Shown here: one piece after another, positions 1-9,280 of the stretch
Numbering within the stretch: position 1 is the stretch's first letter
Layout of the letters: each line of letters starts with the position of its first letter
Assembly: GCA_050950785.1 (NCBI GenBank)
Contig: JBMNIG010000007.1
Span: forward strand, 166,971 to 198,970
Reading direction: 5' to 3'
DNA: 32,000 nucleotides
From: Eubacteriales bacterium
GTDB lineage: Bacteria > Bacillota > Clostridia > Oscillospirales > JAAYOS01
Position numbers and translations under genes: made by a program
Notes under the pieces: generated by a model
Told to the model about the DNA's origin: nothing
What the model saw: the letters and a program-made list of their open reading frames with translations, nothing else
Database searches by the model: none

Positions 1-116
1 AGCATTTTACAGTTGAAAAGAGTAAATTGAAAAATCGGGAAGAGAGCTAATTTGGATTGGGATGCGGTTAAATTATTGTGGAAAATATCTATGCGACTGG
101 CTCTCAGTGGCTATAT

Positions 117-719
117 TCAAGAAAGACAGGTGGCTTCTGCGGGGATGTAGATTGTCCGACCTTCCGCTCTCTTTATGATTGCGGGGTAATCTCCGTCAAT
201 GTAACCAAGGCATACAAAGACCAGAGGCATGTAGTTTTCATCTAGTCCCCATTTCGAAAGTAACTCAGCCATCTCGGGGTTTGAAAAAGTGGCCTCAGCT
301 CTGCCAACAATGCAGCTTGAAACCCCTAAATCATAAGCCATAAGAATCATATTCTGTGCACATGCAAAAGCAGAACCAATACAATTTACGTGTGTTTTTA
401 AAGCTTTTGGCACACAAACAATTCCAAGTGCCTGACAACCATAAAAACCACTCTTGATTGTTTTGTCATCAAGTATTGACGGCTGATCCGCCGAAACGGT
501 TACGTTCCTACTCCTGTTTTCGCAATTTGCATTGATCACTCCAATCTTCTCGATCAGATCCGCATCATCCAGCATAATGATTTTTGTTCCCTGTCCGCCT
601 CCTGGACTTGGTGCATAGATTCCTGCCTCCAAAACCATGTCCAGCTTTTCCTTTTCAACCTTTCGGGGCAAGTACCTTCGGATAGACCTTCTTGTTTTCA
701 TCAAATCTAATAGGTTCAT
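117..719 (-). CDS. nitroreductase family protein
   Basis: The N-terminus MNLLDLMKTRRSIRRY matches the nitroreductase RRSxRx[FY] signature, and the size (200 aa) is typical. GGGAGG lies 6 nt upstream of the ATG at 719. The longer track ORF extending to 740 has no SD. Confidence 0.85.
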   Translation of the reverse strand: MNLLDLMKTRRSIRRYLPRKVEKEKLDMVLEAGIYAPSPGGGQGTKIIMLDDADLIEKIGVINANCENRSRNVTVSADQPSILDDKTIKSGFYGCQALGIVCVPKALKTHVNCIGSAFACAQNMILMAYDLGVSSCIVGRAEATFSNPEMAELLSKWGLDENYMPLVFVCLGYIDGDYPAIIKRAEGRTIYIPAEATCLS

Positions 720-830
720 GATTGTCCTCCCTTTTTTCATAAATTATCTTCACCATGTCTATATTAGTAGATTTTGACCCTACCAACAAGTACGCACCAT
801 TTTATTAGAAGGTTTCTTTTATGTAACCTA

Positions 831-859
831 TTGATTAAATTCGTATGCAATACTATAAT
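831..859 (+). promoter_or_regulatory. sigma-70-like promoter for the HxlR gene
   Basis: TTGATT (831-836), a 17-nt spacer and TATAAT (854-859), about 50 nt upstream of the start codon at 908. Confidence 0.45.
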
Positions 860-907
860 TTGAGTATAGGATTTATTGGTGAACCATTAGCAAATAGGTG
901 AGTAAAT

Positions 908-1237
908 ATGCAGGGAAAAAACGAATTACCCGATTGTCCGGTTGCCACAACTGTATCTCTTATAGGCGGTAAATGGAAGCTGCTTATTTTACGCAATCTT
1001 TTATATCGTCCATGGAGATTTAATGAGCTGCGGAAAGATTTAGGTGGGATCAGTCAGAAAGTTTTAACTGACAGCTTGCGAGCTATGGAAAAGGACGGAA
1101 TTATAACTCGCACTGTTTATCCAGAAGTACCACCCCGTGTGGAGTATGCACTAAGTGACGTAGGTGAGTCTATGCGCCCAATTCTAAAGGCAATGGAAGA
1201 CTGGGGAAACAGCTATAAAAAATCCTTAATCCTCTGA
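908..1237 (+). CDS. HxlR family winged-helix transcriptional regulator
   Basis: CPVATTVSLIGGKWKLLILRNLL...RFNELRKDLGGISQKVLTDSLRAMEKDGIITR...PPRVEYALSDVG is the canonical HxlR/DUF24 pattern. AGGTGA SD is present. It is divergent from the nitroreductase gene, a common pairing. Confidence 0.9.
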   Translation: MQGKNELPDCPVATTVSLIGGKWKLLILRNLLYRPWRFNELRKDLGGISQKVLTDSLRAMEKDGIITRTVYPEVPPRVEYALSDVGESMRPILKAMEDWGNSYKKSLIL

Positions 1238-1383
1238 TATAGGTGAACATGTTGCTTTGCCAACTTCTCTAAAGAGTAACTTCTTTATGTCGCTTCCTCG
1301 TTTGAGTGTTTGCAGGAGTCCCGCCTTGTTTTTGAATTTTATAAGCTTATTAAAGCCAAAAAATAACACATAGGAGATATATT

Positions 1384-2865
1384 ATGAAGAACAATCAAAT
1401 TGTCCGAACCTCGCCCGAAAGTGTGGGCATACCATCAGCCTCGATAGAGTCTTTTCTTGATGGCGCAGCAAACCGTGGCATTGACCTTCACAGCCTCGTT
1501 ATACTGCGGGACGGAAAAATCTGCGCCGAGGGCTGGTGGGCACCATATGCGCCCGAGCTGCTTCATCCGATGTACTCAGCAACCAAGAGCTTTACCTCAA
1601 CCGCAATTGGCTTTGCAATACAGGAAGGGCTTTTGTCACTCGACACCAAACTTGTAGATATCTTTTCAGATTGTCTGCCTGAAAACCCATCAGAAAATCT
1701 GAAAAAAGCGACCATTCATGATTTGCTGTGCATGGGCTGCGGGCACGAAACCGAACCGGCATTAATGAATTTAGAGGGTAATTGGATAAAGAATTTCCTT
1801 GCCCATGAATTCAAGTATGAGCCGGGAACCACTTTCCAGTACAACACCGCCGGCACAAATATGCTTTGTGCGGCACTTTATCGCGTAAGCGGTCAACAGC
1901 TCTCAGAATACCTCCGTCCAAGGTTCTTTGATAAAGTTGGTATTGGTGAGTTTAAAACTACATATATGCCTGACGGAACAGAAATGGGGGGAGCAGGCTA
2001 TCGCTTGCGTACCGAAGACCTGGCGCGGCTCTGTCAGTTTATCTTAAACCGCGGAATATGGAATGGCGAGCGGCTACTGAACGAAGAGTGGTTTGATAAA
2101 ATTGGCACAAAACAAATCGAAACGAAGAACGATGTTTATAAGAACCAGAGTCCTGAATGGCTATTGGGCTATAGCTATCAGTATTGGATGTGCAAGGAGC
2201 CGGGTACCTTCCGAGCCGACGGATTATTTGGGCAATTTGGTGTTATCATTCCATCAAAGAACGCAGCGGTGGTCATAACCGAGACCACAGGCAACACACA
2301 GGGGACGCTTGATCTTATTTGGGAGCATTTGTACCCCGCAATGGGAGAACCCCTGCCGGAAGACAGCTGTGCTGAAGCCGCACTGAAAGCTCGCTTGAGC
2401 AGGCTCACACTTGCACGTTTCCCCGCGGGTACCATCAAAGGTGATTCCAAGTACAATAAGACGTACAAATCCGCCGGTGGTGGTTCGCTAGGTCTAAGAG
2501 ACCTTGCAGGATTTATGAGATTTGGCACCAAACCATCCGATTTGAAGTCGATAGGATTTAAGTTCGGCGGTGATATTGCGGAGATAACGATAGATGAGGG
2601 TGAAGGCGAAGCTGTTTTGTCCGTGCAACTTGGTATGGACTACTCGGAAAATACTTACTTCGGAGAAAAGTATTTCTGCAGAGGGCACTGGCGCTCACCG
2701 ATCCACTTTGAGATGGAGGTCCACGCTCCTGAGGCTGGTCAGGGTATGATGATAAACTTCGTATTTGATGATGAGGGCGTCTCTGTTCGTCCTGAACGCA
2801 TACTCACTATGATGCGCTTCCCTGGGATGCCGCCAATAACCGACCCGACATTCAGGATGGAATAA
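1384..2865 (+). CDS. serine hydrolase, beta-lactamase/transpeptidase-fold family (class C-like) with an extra C-terminal domain
   Basis: An S-x-x-K nucleophile motif (YSATKSF) lies about 65 aa from the N-terminus, as in AmpC-like esterases/PBPs. AGGAGA SD lies 7 nt upstream of the ATG. Confidence 0.8.
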   Translation: MKNNQIVRTSPESVGIPSASIESFLDGAANRGIDLHSLVILRDGKICAEGWWAPYAPELLHPMYSATKSFTSTAIGFAIQEGLLSLDTKLVDIFSDCLPENPSENLKKATIHDLLCMGCGHETEPALMNLEGNWIKNFLAHEFKYEPGTTFQYNTAGTNMLCAALYRVSGQQLSEYLRPRFFDKVGIGEFKTTYMPDGTEMGGAGYRLRTEDLARLCQFILNRGIWNGERLLNEEWFDKIGTKQIETKNDVYKNQSPEWLLGYSYQYWMCKEPGTFRADGLFGQFGVIIPSKNAAVVITETTGNTQGTLDLIWEHLYPAMGEPLPEDSCAEAALKARLSRLTLARFPAGTIKGDSKYNKTYKSAGGGSLGLRDLAGFMRFGTKPSDLKSIGFKFGGDIAEITIDEGEGEAVLSVQLGMDYSENTYFGEKYFCRGHWRSPIHFEMEVHAPEAGQGMMINFVFDDEGVSVRPERILTMMRFPGMPPITDPTFRME

Positions 2866-3023
2866 CAAGATTATGCACTAACCTCTATTATCCTGAACGC
2901 GTATCCCACAGGCGAATTTTGCTTATGGGGACAACATCCAAAAGGTTTGACTGCTAGGTCTCACTGTTGCATTTATAATAACGAATGTTCAGATATAACC
3001 AGCATGTTTTAAACTATAAATGA

Positions 3024-3060
3024 GAGCCCACTTCTTGTACGTAGACAAAGAAGTGGGCTC
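3024..3060 (-). terminator. hairpin terminator downstream of the ANT(6) gene
   Basis: A perfect 13-bp stem, GAGCCCACTTCTT (3024-3036) / AAGAAGTGGGCTC (3048-3060), begins 5 nt after the stop codon. A T-containing tract follows on the minus strand. Confidence 0.6.
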
Positions 3061-3064
3061 AAAA

Positions 3065-3913
3065 TCATTGCATGGACGAACGAACCATCCTTAAATATTC
3101 TCGAATACCGGCTTCTTCGTCGTGACGGTATGTGAAGCCAAAGTGATCTGCTACCGCTACTGCAAGAGTGTGGAACAAGTCACACATCACATCGACCGAT
3201 GCCCAGATGTCGGTATAGTCACTGCCCGAATAAGTGGCGGCGTATTGATCGTACAATTCAGGTGAGAGATATTTTTTGAAATACTTCCCGTTCTTGCCTG
3301 TAGATATGTCAAATCCGTATTGTGTGCCGAGATAATAATTGATCATATCATGAAGTTCAGACCGAACCACATCATTGAGCATATGCATTACATAAGGTAA
3401 CTCATCCCGCGCAATTCCTTTTGCGACATTGTTTAGACACCACCAGAAATTATTGCAGCATGAGTAATAGAAAAGTGGGGAGGGAGGCTTGATATGCCAG
3501 TGTTTATCGCTTGGGGCAGGCAAAGCTGGCAAAAACCCATGACCATTGTCTTTATCCAGCAGAACTACTGCAGGCTCCCCGTCATCAATGTACTTTGTAA
3601 ACTCAAAAGAGAGGTCAATGCGAACTCCATCAGGATAAATCATCATATAGTTAAAATGACCGTCTCCGTCCGGATAACGCATAGCTTCCGGCATCTGCAT
3701 AATCAGAGGCTTGCCGAAGCCTTCATCAACCCATGCAGGATTATTATAAAATGGTGCAATGTCTTCAACAAAATAGGTGATGTCGTAATCCTGGTAGATG
3801 TCCTTCGGTGCGGATGGGTTCGCCCGCGAACCGACCAGCAGTACAGCACGAATTCGTTCGTCGGCTCGAGCCACCCCTAAAATCAGGTTCATAATTTCCT
3901 GTTCATCTCGCAT
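3065..3913 (-). CDS. aadK: aminoglycoside 6-adenylyltransferase, ANT(6)/AadK family
   Basis: MRDEQEIMNLILGVARADERIRAVLLVGSRANPSAPKDIYQDYDITYFV parallels, from memory, the B. subtilis AadK / ANT(6)-Ia N-terminus (MRSEQEMM...DERIRLV.LEGSRTN....D.FQDYDISYFV). The 282-aa length matches the family. GGGAG SD is present. Confidence 0.85.
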   Translation of the reverse strand: MRDEQEIMNLILGVARADERIRAVLLVGSRANPSAPKDIYQDYDITYFVEDIAPFYNNPAWVDEGFGKPLIMQMPEAMRYPDGDGHFNYMMIYPDGVRIDLSFEFTKYIDDGEPAVVLLDKDNGHGFLPALPAPSDKHWHIKPPSPLFYYSCCNNFWWCLNNVAKGIARDELPYVMHMLNDVVRSELHDMINYYLGTQYGFDISTGKNGKYFKKYLSPELYDQYAATYSGSDYTDIWASVDVMCDLFHTLAVAVADHFGFTYRHDEEAGIREYLRMVRSSMQ

Positions 3914-4051
3914 ACTTTCTACTCCCTTATACCGATATCTAAAATTTTTTAGACTCCATGTCCACTTAAGATGATTTTCACTTTTATTATATAGGAGACA
4001 TAATGGTATAACAATCCATGATTAATATGGAGAGGTAATCTCCCAAAACAA

Positions 4052-4085
4052 AAGACAAAGGAGTTAATGTCGTCTCCCTTGTCTT
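4052..4085 (-). terminator. hairpin terminator downstream of rsgA
   Basis: AAGACAAAGGAG (4052-4063) pairs with CTCCCTTGTCTT (4074-4085) with one mismatch. T-runs lie on both sides, so it may act in both directions. Confidence 0.5.
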
Positions 4086-4146
4086 TTTTCGTTTTATAGG
4101 TTTGAATTGCTCATGTTAAGACATTTAGGATTGCTTAAGTACCTGT

Positions 4147-5247
4147 TTACGATGAATATTCATCAAAAAAACTCCCTTTTTTCATTTGCTTACTCCATTT
4201 GGAGATCGACTTGTGCCGTGCTTTTTTCTCTTTAAGATAACCAGTTTTGTCGTCCACAAATCTATTTTCCTGCTTCTGAGCCAAGTAGTACTCCCAACGC
4301 TCTCGGGATAAAGCACCATCGTTGAGCGCCGCAAGGACCGCGCATCCCGGCTCGGTTTTATGACGGCAGTCGGTAAATCGGCATTCTGTGAATAACTCCT
4401 CTACATCTGAAAATTCCGTGCTGATTCCTTCGTCTGCGTGAAATAACCCCAGTTCACGCATCCCCGGTGTATCTATAACCATTGCACCGGATGGCAGCAT
4501 GAAAAGTTGACGATGGGTTGTGGTGTGGCGACCTCTGCTGTCACCCTCCCGGATGGAACTTACAGCCATTACTTCCTGTTTCATCAAAGCATTTAGCAAT
4601 GACGATTTGCCCACACCGGACATTCCAAGAAAAACTATTGTTTTTCTTGGCTGTAAATAGCTTTCCAACTCATCAAGTCCGAAACCCGTGTGACTGGAAA
4701 CTGCATGTACAGGTACATGTGGTGCAGCTTTTCGGATATCAGCCACGTATTGATTAGAATCTGATTGCAAATCAGCTTTAGTCAATATCACAACGGGCTG
4801 TGCACCGCTTTGCCTTGCCATCGTTAAATAACGCATGACGCGACTTACGTTGAAATCGCGATTCAAGGAAGTCAGAATAAATACGTAGTCAAAATTCGCC
4901 GCAATGGTCTGTTGCAGAACTGTCTTGACAAATCCTGCCGCATGCCCTGAAAAGTCACTACGTACAAACATAGACTTTCGAGGAAGCGTTCTAATAATTA
5001 TGCTATCTCCGCTCTGATTTAAGCTTATCAGCACAAAATCTCCTGTTGTAGGAAAACTCTCTCTGCCATCGGTGTAATAAACACTGGATTTCAATCTTCC
5101 AAAAATGGTTCCGTATTCGCATATTAGTTCATAGCGGTCCTTGTGAACGGCTGTAACTCTTGCAGGAATAACAGATGCATCGTATTGCGTCATGTCGAGA
5201 GAGTAAAGCATAGTCTCGAAAAACCCGTAGTCTTCTAATAATATCAA
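4147..5247 (-). CDS. rsgA: ribosome small subunit-dependent GTPase A
   Basis: The circularly permuted GTPase motifs are present: LTKADL (G4), GMSGVGKSSLLNAL (G1), DTPGMRE (G3), and a C-terminal zinc-finger region CRFTDCRHKTEPGCAV. I place the start at the TTG at 5247, which has GGAGGG 8 nt upstream. The track ORF extends to a GTG at 5289. Confidence 0.85.
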   Translation of the reverse strand: MILLEDYGFFETMLYSLDMTQYDASVIPARVTAVHKDRYELICEYGTIFGRLKSSVYYTDGRESFPTTGDFVLISLNQSGDSIIIRTLPRKSMFVRSDFSGHAAGFVKTVLQQTIAANFDYVFILTSLNRDFNVSRVMRYLTMARQSGAQPVVILTKADLQSDSNQYVADIRKAAPHVPVHAVSSHTGFGLDELESYLQPRKTIVFLGMSGVGKSSLLNALMKQEVMAVSSIREGDSRGRHTTTHRQLFMLPSGAMVIDTPGMRELGLFHADEGISTEFSDVEELFTECRFTDCRHKTEPGCAVLAALNDGALSRERWEYYLAQKQENRFVDDKTGYLKEKKARHKSISKWSKQMKKGSFFDEYSS

Positions 5248-5687
5248 TTTTTGTTCCCTCCAAAACAATATGGTGCTCTTGGTATACACAATAATGTGTT
5301 AAGAGTGGGTTTATATAATCGTTTCGCCTATTCAAATGTTTTTGGGCGCAAAAATGCCGCAGCCAGCAGCCATCGATAGCTGCAAACTGCGGTGCGTCTC
5401 AGGTAATGCAAGCGATGAAATAAAAACACGAGCATACCCGCTCGTATACCCGTACAAGTTTACAGTATTCACGAAAGGTTGCTTGAAACGGCATAGCGAT
5501 AAATGGTGGTTGCACCTTACCTATCACTTTGCCCAATATTCAGTTTTAGACGAAAGACACCTCATGGATCCTTGTCATTAGAAACAACTCCTTTCGTTTC
5601 TGTAAAGTAAAAAATGTATGTCGCGAAGACATCGCCTCGTTTAGTATACCATCTAGTTCCAGGAAAATCAATATTAGAGTATAATTT

Positions 5688-7370
5688 GTATGTGTCAAGT
5701 AATCGTTGGGAAATATTTCTGAGTTAGAAAATTAGCATCAAATCAAGATAAGACTTATTTTTAGGATTGCAAAGCATCACCGTATCATACCGGTGCGCTA
5801 GTACTTGTATGAGCATAGTTCTTAGGAGCCGAAACGTATGTTGCTTAAGGCTCTCATTCCTAGAAGAGATTTGCTCCACTTCATGTTAGGGATTTCTGCG
5901 CGCTTGAAGCCATTGTATCCTTTGCCAACGGCCTGCTGCGTCTTAGCGGAGCTAAATCCGGTTATTGCATGAAGAGATGTGGTTGGGATTACTTCGCCTA
6001 TCACAGAGAGTGTACGTTTTAGACGACCTGTTTGCTTCAGACAGATCAAGGCAGCCAGATGATTGGCTCCATCAATGCTCCAGGAGGCACGTCTGCCCTT
6101 CATTCTGTTACCAACCATAGTAAATATATTGCTCTCCATAGCACCTAAAGGTGCACGCTGTAGGCCAGGATTTACGTCAGGTATCTCAAGTCCTCTCTCG
6201 TGGTACGGAATAAGAGCATCCTTGTTGTTGCTAAAATAGCTTAGTAGAGCTTTTCTTCTTTTTTGCTCTGTTTCATCAACTGTGCTATTTATTGAGGCTT
6301 CAATTACATCCAATAGATCATCAATCCTCTTGTTAAGAAGGAGATCCATCATAAGGCTACAAAGATCAGGGTCATTTACGTACTCTCGAATCGCTTTGTT
6401 CCGGTGAAAGATATCTAACTGGTACACTGTGTCCGCCCCCTTTTGTCCCTTTATCCACTTAGCTCCATCTCCATTGAGTATGCGCATTTCAATTTCATCT
6501 ACGTTGTAAACAGAGGCTATATGCCCTTCCTTGCGTTCAACAAACTCCGAAGCGCTTTCAAAACTTGCACAGGCAACCTTATCAGATAGGTTTCGGCGGC
6601 CACCGGCCGTCTCGCTGATACCGGTGTAAGCAATTGCAACCTTCATTTCTTTGGATTTGCCGTGCTCTTTACGGGCTTTCCCCTGCAGCGATAGCCACAC
6701 ACCATCTTGTTCTTCGAATAACACCTTGCTTTCAAGTTGGCCTGTGCCTTTATTCTGCACAGCCTTTTCTGCAAGTTGCTCTTCATATCCCAGAACCCGA
6801 CTTCCAACTGCCTGTGTAACAGACCAAGCTGTTGTATGGGATATCTTTAGACCGCTTGTCTCACTTATCTTCTCTGCCACTTCACGATAATCACTTTCGC
6901 ACGCTGCAGTTGCTATAAGGCTTGACACAAGCTCACTCATTTTTCCCGGTGCATCAATTCCTAAAGCATTATCAAGAAGGTATGTGTACTCTTTTCCTCC
7001 GCTTTCATCACGTGTCCAGTACACTCTCCGGCTATATTCAACCTCTCCCATGATTGTCTTGAGGCTTGTCTTACGTTGCCCCTCACTCTTGTATTCCTTG
7101 ACATCTCTTTGGCTAAATATCTGCTCATCTAGCTCTGTCAGTATCTCAGCCATTTGTGCACGGCCTATCGCCATACACATATCGTAAATATTTCTTTCAA
7201 TTTTTTGTAAATCTACCTTGAATTCTTTCCCGTTCTCGGTTAGAATCATAGTTGCATACACCACCTGTCTGATTTTTTCTTCAAACTAATCTTAACAAGG
7301 TTTGTATGCAAAGGGAAGGGCTTTTTTAGCTTTTCCCTTTTCTTTTTCCCAATGATTATTTTACACTAAG
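5688..7370 (-). mobile_element. complete insertion sequence, ISLre2 (UPF0236) family
   Basis: A single transposase ORF is flanked by imperfect terminal inverted repeats, GTATGTGTCAAGTAATCGTTGGGAAA (5688-5713) against the reverse complement of 7345-7370, matching at 20 of 26 positions. Perfect 9-bp direct repeats GTATAATTT lie at 5679-5687 and 7371-7379. Confidence 0.8.
5822..7264 (-). CDS. ISLre2/UPF0236 family transposase
   Basis: The 480-aa size fits the family, and the block KTIMGEVEYSRRVYW...YTYLLDNALGI...KMSELVSSLIATAACESDYREVAEKISETSGLKISHTTAWSVTQAVG resembles the UPF0236/ISLre2 N-terminal region as I remember it. The start is either the GTG at 7264 or the ATG at 7249. Confidence 0.8.
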   Translation of the reverse strand: MVYATMILTENGKEFKVDLQKIERNIYDMCMAIGRAQMAEILTELDEQIFSQRDVKEYKSEGQRKTSLKTIMGEVEYSRRVYWTRDESGGKEYTYLLDNALGIDAPGKMSELVSSLIATAACESDYREVAEKISETSGLKISHTTAWSVTQAVGSRVLGYEEQLAEKAVQNKGTGQLESKVLFEEQDGVWLSLQGKARKEHGKSKEMKVAIAYTGISETAGGRRNLSDKVACASFESASEFVERKEGHIASVYNVDEIEMRILNGDGAKWIKGQKGADTVYQLDIFHRNKAIREYVNDPDLCSLMMDLLLNKRIDDLLDVIEASINSTVDETEQKRRKALLSYFSNNKDALIPYHERGLEIPDVNPGLQRAPLGAMESNIFTMVGNRMKGRRASWSIDGANHLAALICLKQTGRLKRTLSVIGEVIPTTSLHAITGFSSAKTQQAVGKGYNGFKRAEIPNMKWSKSLLGMRALSNIRFGS

Positions 7371-7718
7371 GTATAATTTATTGCCAAATCTTTTGTTTTA
7401 TACTTCCATTAAATATGTTATAATTTAGAAATATTGATGCGGATTGATGTGGAAGTCAAAATACATCTGAGTTTATCAGTTTTACACATGGTGATAGCAC
7501 TTCAACTCTAAAGAGAGCCGGCAGTATCATGCTGATAACAAAGGATATGCATATAGATACCATCAGCAGGTTTGATGGAACTATTGATGATTATATGAAA
7601 GAAATCAAAGATAAGCATTACTATATCGAGGTTCAACTCTGGAACAATGACTGCAACATTTAGCCAAGAACAAGAAACAAGATAATGGCACCAAATAAAA
7701 TAGGATGGAGATGATCGC

Positions 7719-8159
7719 TTGAAAACCGTAATTATTTATTACACCTTTGGAGGGTCCACAAAGAAAGAGGCGCAACGCCTCAGTGAAAATCTAGGTGCAC
7801 CTTTGTTTCGTGTAGAGGAAGCCCGACGTCGCAGTCTGTTGACTTCTTTTATACCCGGTATTTTACAGGCGATAAAGCGCAAAACTGTACCTATCAAACC
7901 GTTGAATGTCGATTTGAATGATTATGACCGAATCATTATAGGCTGCCCGGTCTGGGCGGGCCATCCGGCGCCTGCCTTCAACTCCATCATTGAACTGCTC
8001 CCCACAGAAAAAGAAGTGGAACTTTTCTTTTGCTCCGCCGGCGGCGAAGCCCCTGAGAGTGAACAAGAAACCAAGGAGCTTATAGCAAAGAAAGGCTGCA
8101 CCCTTGTTTCTTATCGTGACGTCAAAACCGACGCTGCACCGGCGAAAATGAAAGAATGA
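7719..8159 (+). CDS. flavodoxin family protein
   Basis: MKTVIIYYTFGGSTKKEAQRLSE is a typical flavodoxin-like N-terminal FMN/phosphate loop, and the 146-aa size fits. The start is TTG, with GGAG 8 nt upstream. Confidence 0.75.
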   Translation: MKTVIIYYTFGGSTKKEAQRLSENLGAPLFRVEEARRRSLLTSFIPGILQAIKRKTVPIKPLNVDLNDYDRIIIGCPVWAGHPAPAFNSIIELLPTEKEVELFFCSAGGEAPESEQETKELIAKKGCTLVSYRDVKTDAAPAKMKE

Positions 8160-8198
8160 AAGCTACTATTTTCAGCTGGCTGAAGGAGAATATTGAAA

Positions 8199-8534
8199 AT
8201 GACCGATAGGACAACCACCGTTGCACAACTCAAAAAACATATAGAGGATTTTTCCTACTCGCGGGGCTGGCGTAAAGACCAAAACGCCAAAAACCTTGTT
8301 ATGGCACTGACCGTTGAAACAGCCGAGCTTGCAGAAATCTTTATGTGGCTGCATTCAGACGACGCCGACAGCATAAAAGAAAACGCTGAGGAGTTTGAGC
8401 ATTTGCAGGATGAACTTGCCGATATTTTTTGGTATATATGCCGCTTGTGCGAACATTATGATATAGATTTAGCAAAGGCAGTCGAAAAGAAGACGGTTAA
8501 GAACGCAATGAAATACCCGGGTGTAAAAAAGTAA
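8199..8534 (+). CDS. MazG-like nucleotide pyrophosphohydrolase
   Basis: LTVETAELAEIF...LQDELADIFWYICRLCEHYDIDLAKAVEKKTVKNAMKYP carries the E-x-x-E ... E-x-x-D helices of small all-alpha MazG-type NTP pyrophosphatases. AGGAG lies 10 nt upstream of the ATG at 8199. Confidence 0.8.
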   Translation: MTDRTTTVAQLKKHIEDFSYSRGWRKDQNAKNLVMALTVETAELAEIFMWLHSDDADSIKENAEEFEHLQDELADIFWYICRLCEHYDIDLAKAVEKKTVKNAMKYPGVKK

Positions 8535-8575
8535 ATCGATCAAATGAATATTATATAGAAATGAAAGGTGATAGA

Positions 8576-9130
8576 ATGATACCAACTCCTACACAAGCAC
8601 GAGAAATCCTGGAAAAGTACAACAAGGAACCGTTCCACTTGCTTCATGGTGAAACGGTATCAGAAGTAATGGGATGGTTTGCTCAGAAATACGATCTAGA
8701 AAACATCGACTATTGGCGTACTGTCGGTATGCTTCATGATATTGACTTTGGGCTTTATCCTGAACAGCACTGTGTCAAAGGCATTGAGCTAATGAGAGAT
8801 GAAGGAATCGATGAGAGTATCATCCGCTCTGCCCTAAGTCACGGATGGGGCATGACTGAAACGCCATATGAACCGGAAAGTATTATGGAAAAACTGCTTT
8901 TTGCCGTTGATGAGTTGACCGGGTTGATTGGTGCCGCAGCTTTGATGCGTCCGAGCAAAAGTGTATCCGATATGAAACTTTCCAGCCTGAAAAAGAAATT
9001 TAAAGATAAGAAATTCGCTGCCGGCTGTTCTCGGGAGACTATTGCCAAGGGAGCAGAAATGCTTGGCTGGGAGCTTGATGAGCTTTTAGAGCAGACTTTG
9101 CAAGCAATGCAAGCGACAGAAAAGCGTTAA
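8576..9130 (+). CDS. HD domain-containing phosphohydrolase
   Basis: H...HD motif (HGETVSEV...GMLHDIDF) and a size of about 185 aa. The ATG at 8576 is preceded by AAAGGTGA. Confidence 0.75.
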   Translation: MIPTPTQAREILEKYNKEPFHLLHGETVSEVMGWFAQKYDLENIDYWRTVGMLHDIDFGLYPEQHCVKGIELMRDEGIDESIIRSALSHGWGMTETPYEPESIMEKLLFAVDELTGLIGAAALMRPSKSVSDMKLSSLKKKFKDKKFAAGCSRETIAKGAEMLGWELDELLEQTLQAMQATEKR

Positions 9131-9280
9131 TAATAGCGTTAATAATTGCGTCTACCACCATTAGCATCTACTATTTCATCGGGTCGAGGGGAATAATGCA
9201 TATCGAGTATTATCGCGAAGCGTGTTATACTACTAATAATAATGAACTTAGTAGTACATAACACACTAGAGGTGAACATT

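Noticed and set aside
5336-5581. 81-aa plus-strand ORF upstream of rsgA
   Set aside because: It has no SD, its Cys/His/Trp-rich composition is typical of a random ORF, and it overlaps minus-strand hairpin signals.
7529-7663. 44-aa plus-strand ORF (MLITKDMHIDTISRFDGTIDDYMKEIKDKHYYIEVQLWNNDCNI) upstream of flavodoxin
   Set aside because: The sequence is protein-like, but there is no SD and it is below the size at which I can judge homology by eye. It may be a gene fragment.
7719-9130. Flavodoxin / MazG-like / HD-domain trio as a nucleotide-depletion defence system
   Set aside because: These are small, common house-cleaning-type enzymes. No sensor, nuclease, ATPase or mobile-element context is present, and nothing in the sequence goes beyond ordinary metabolism.
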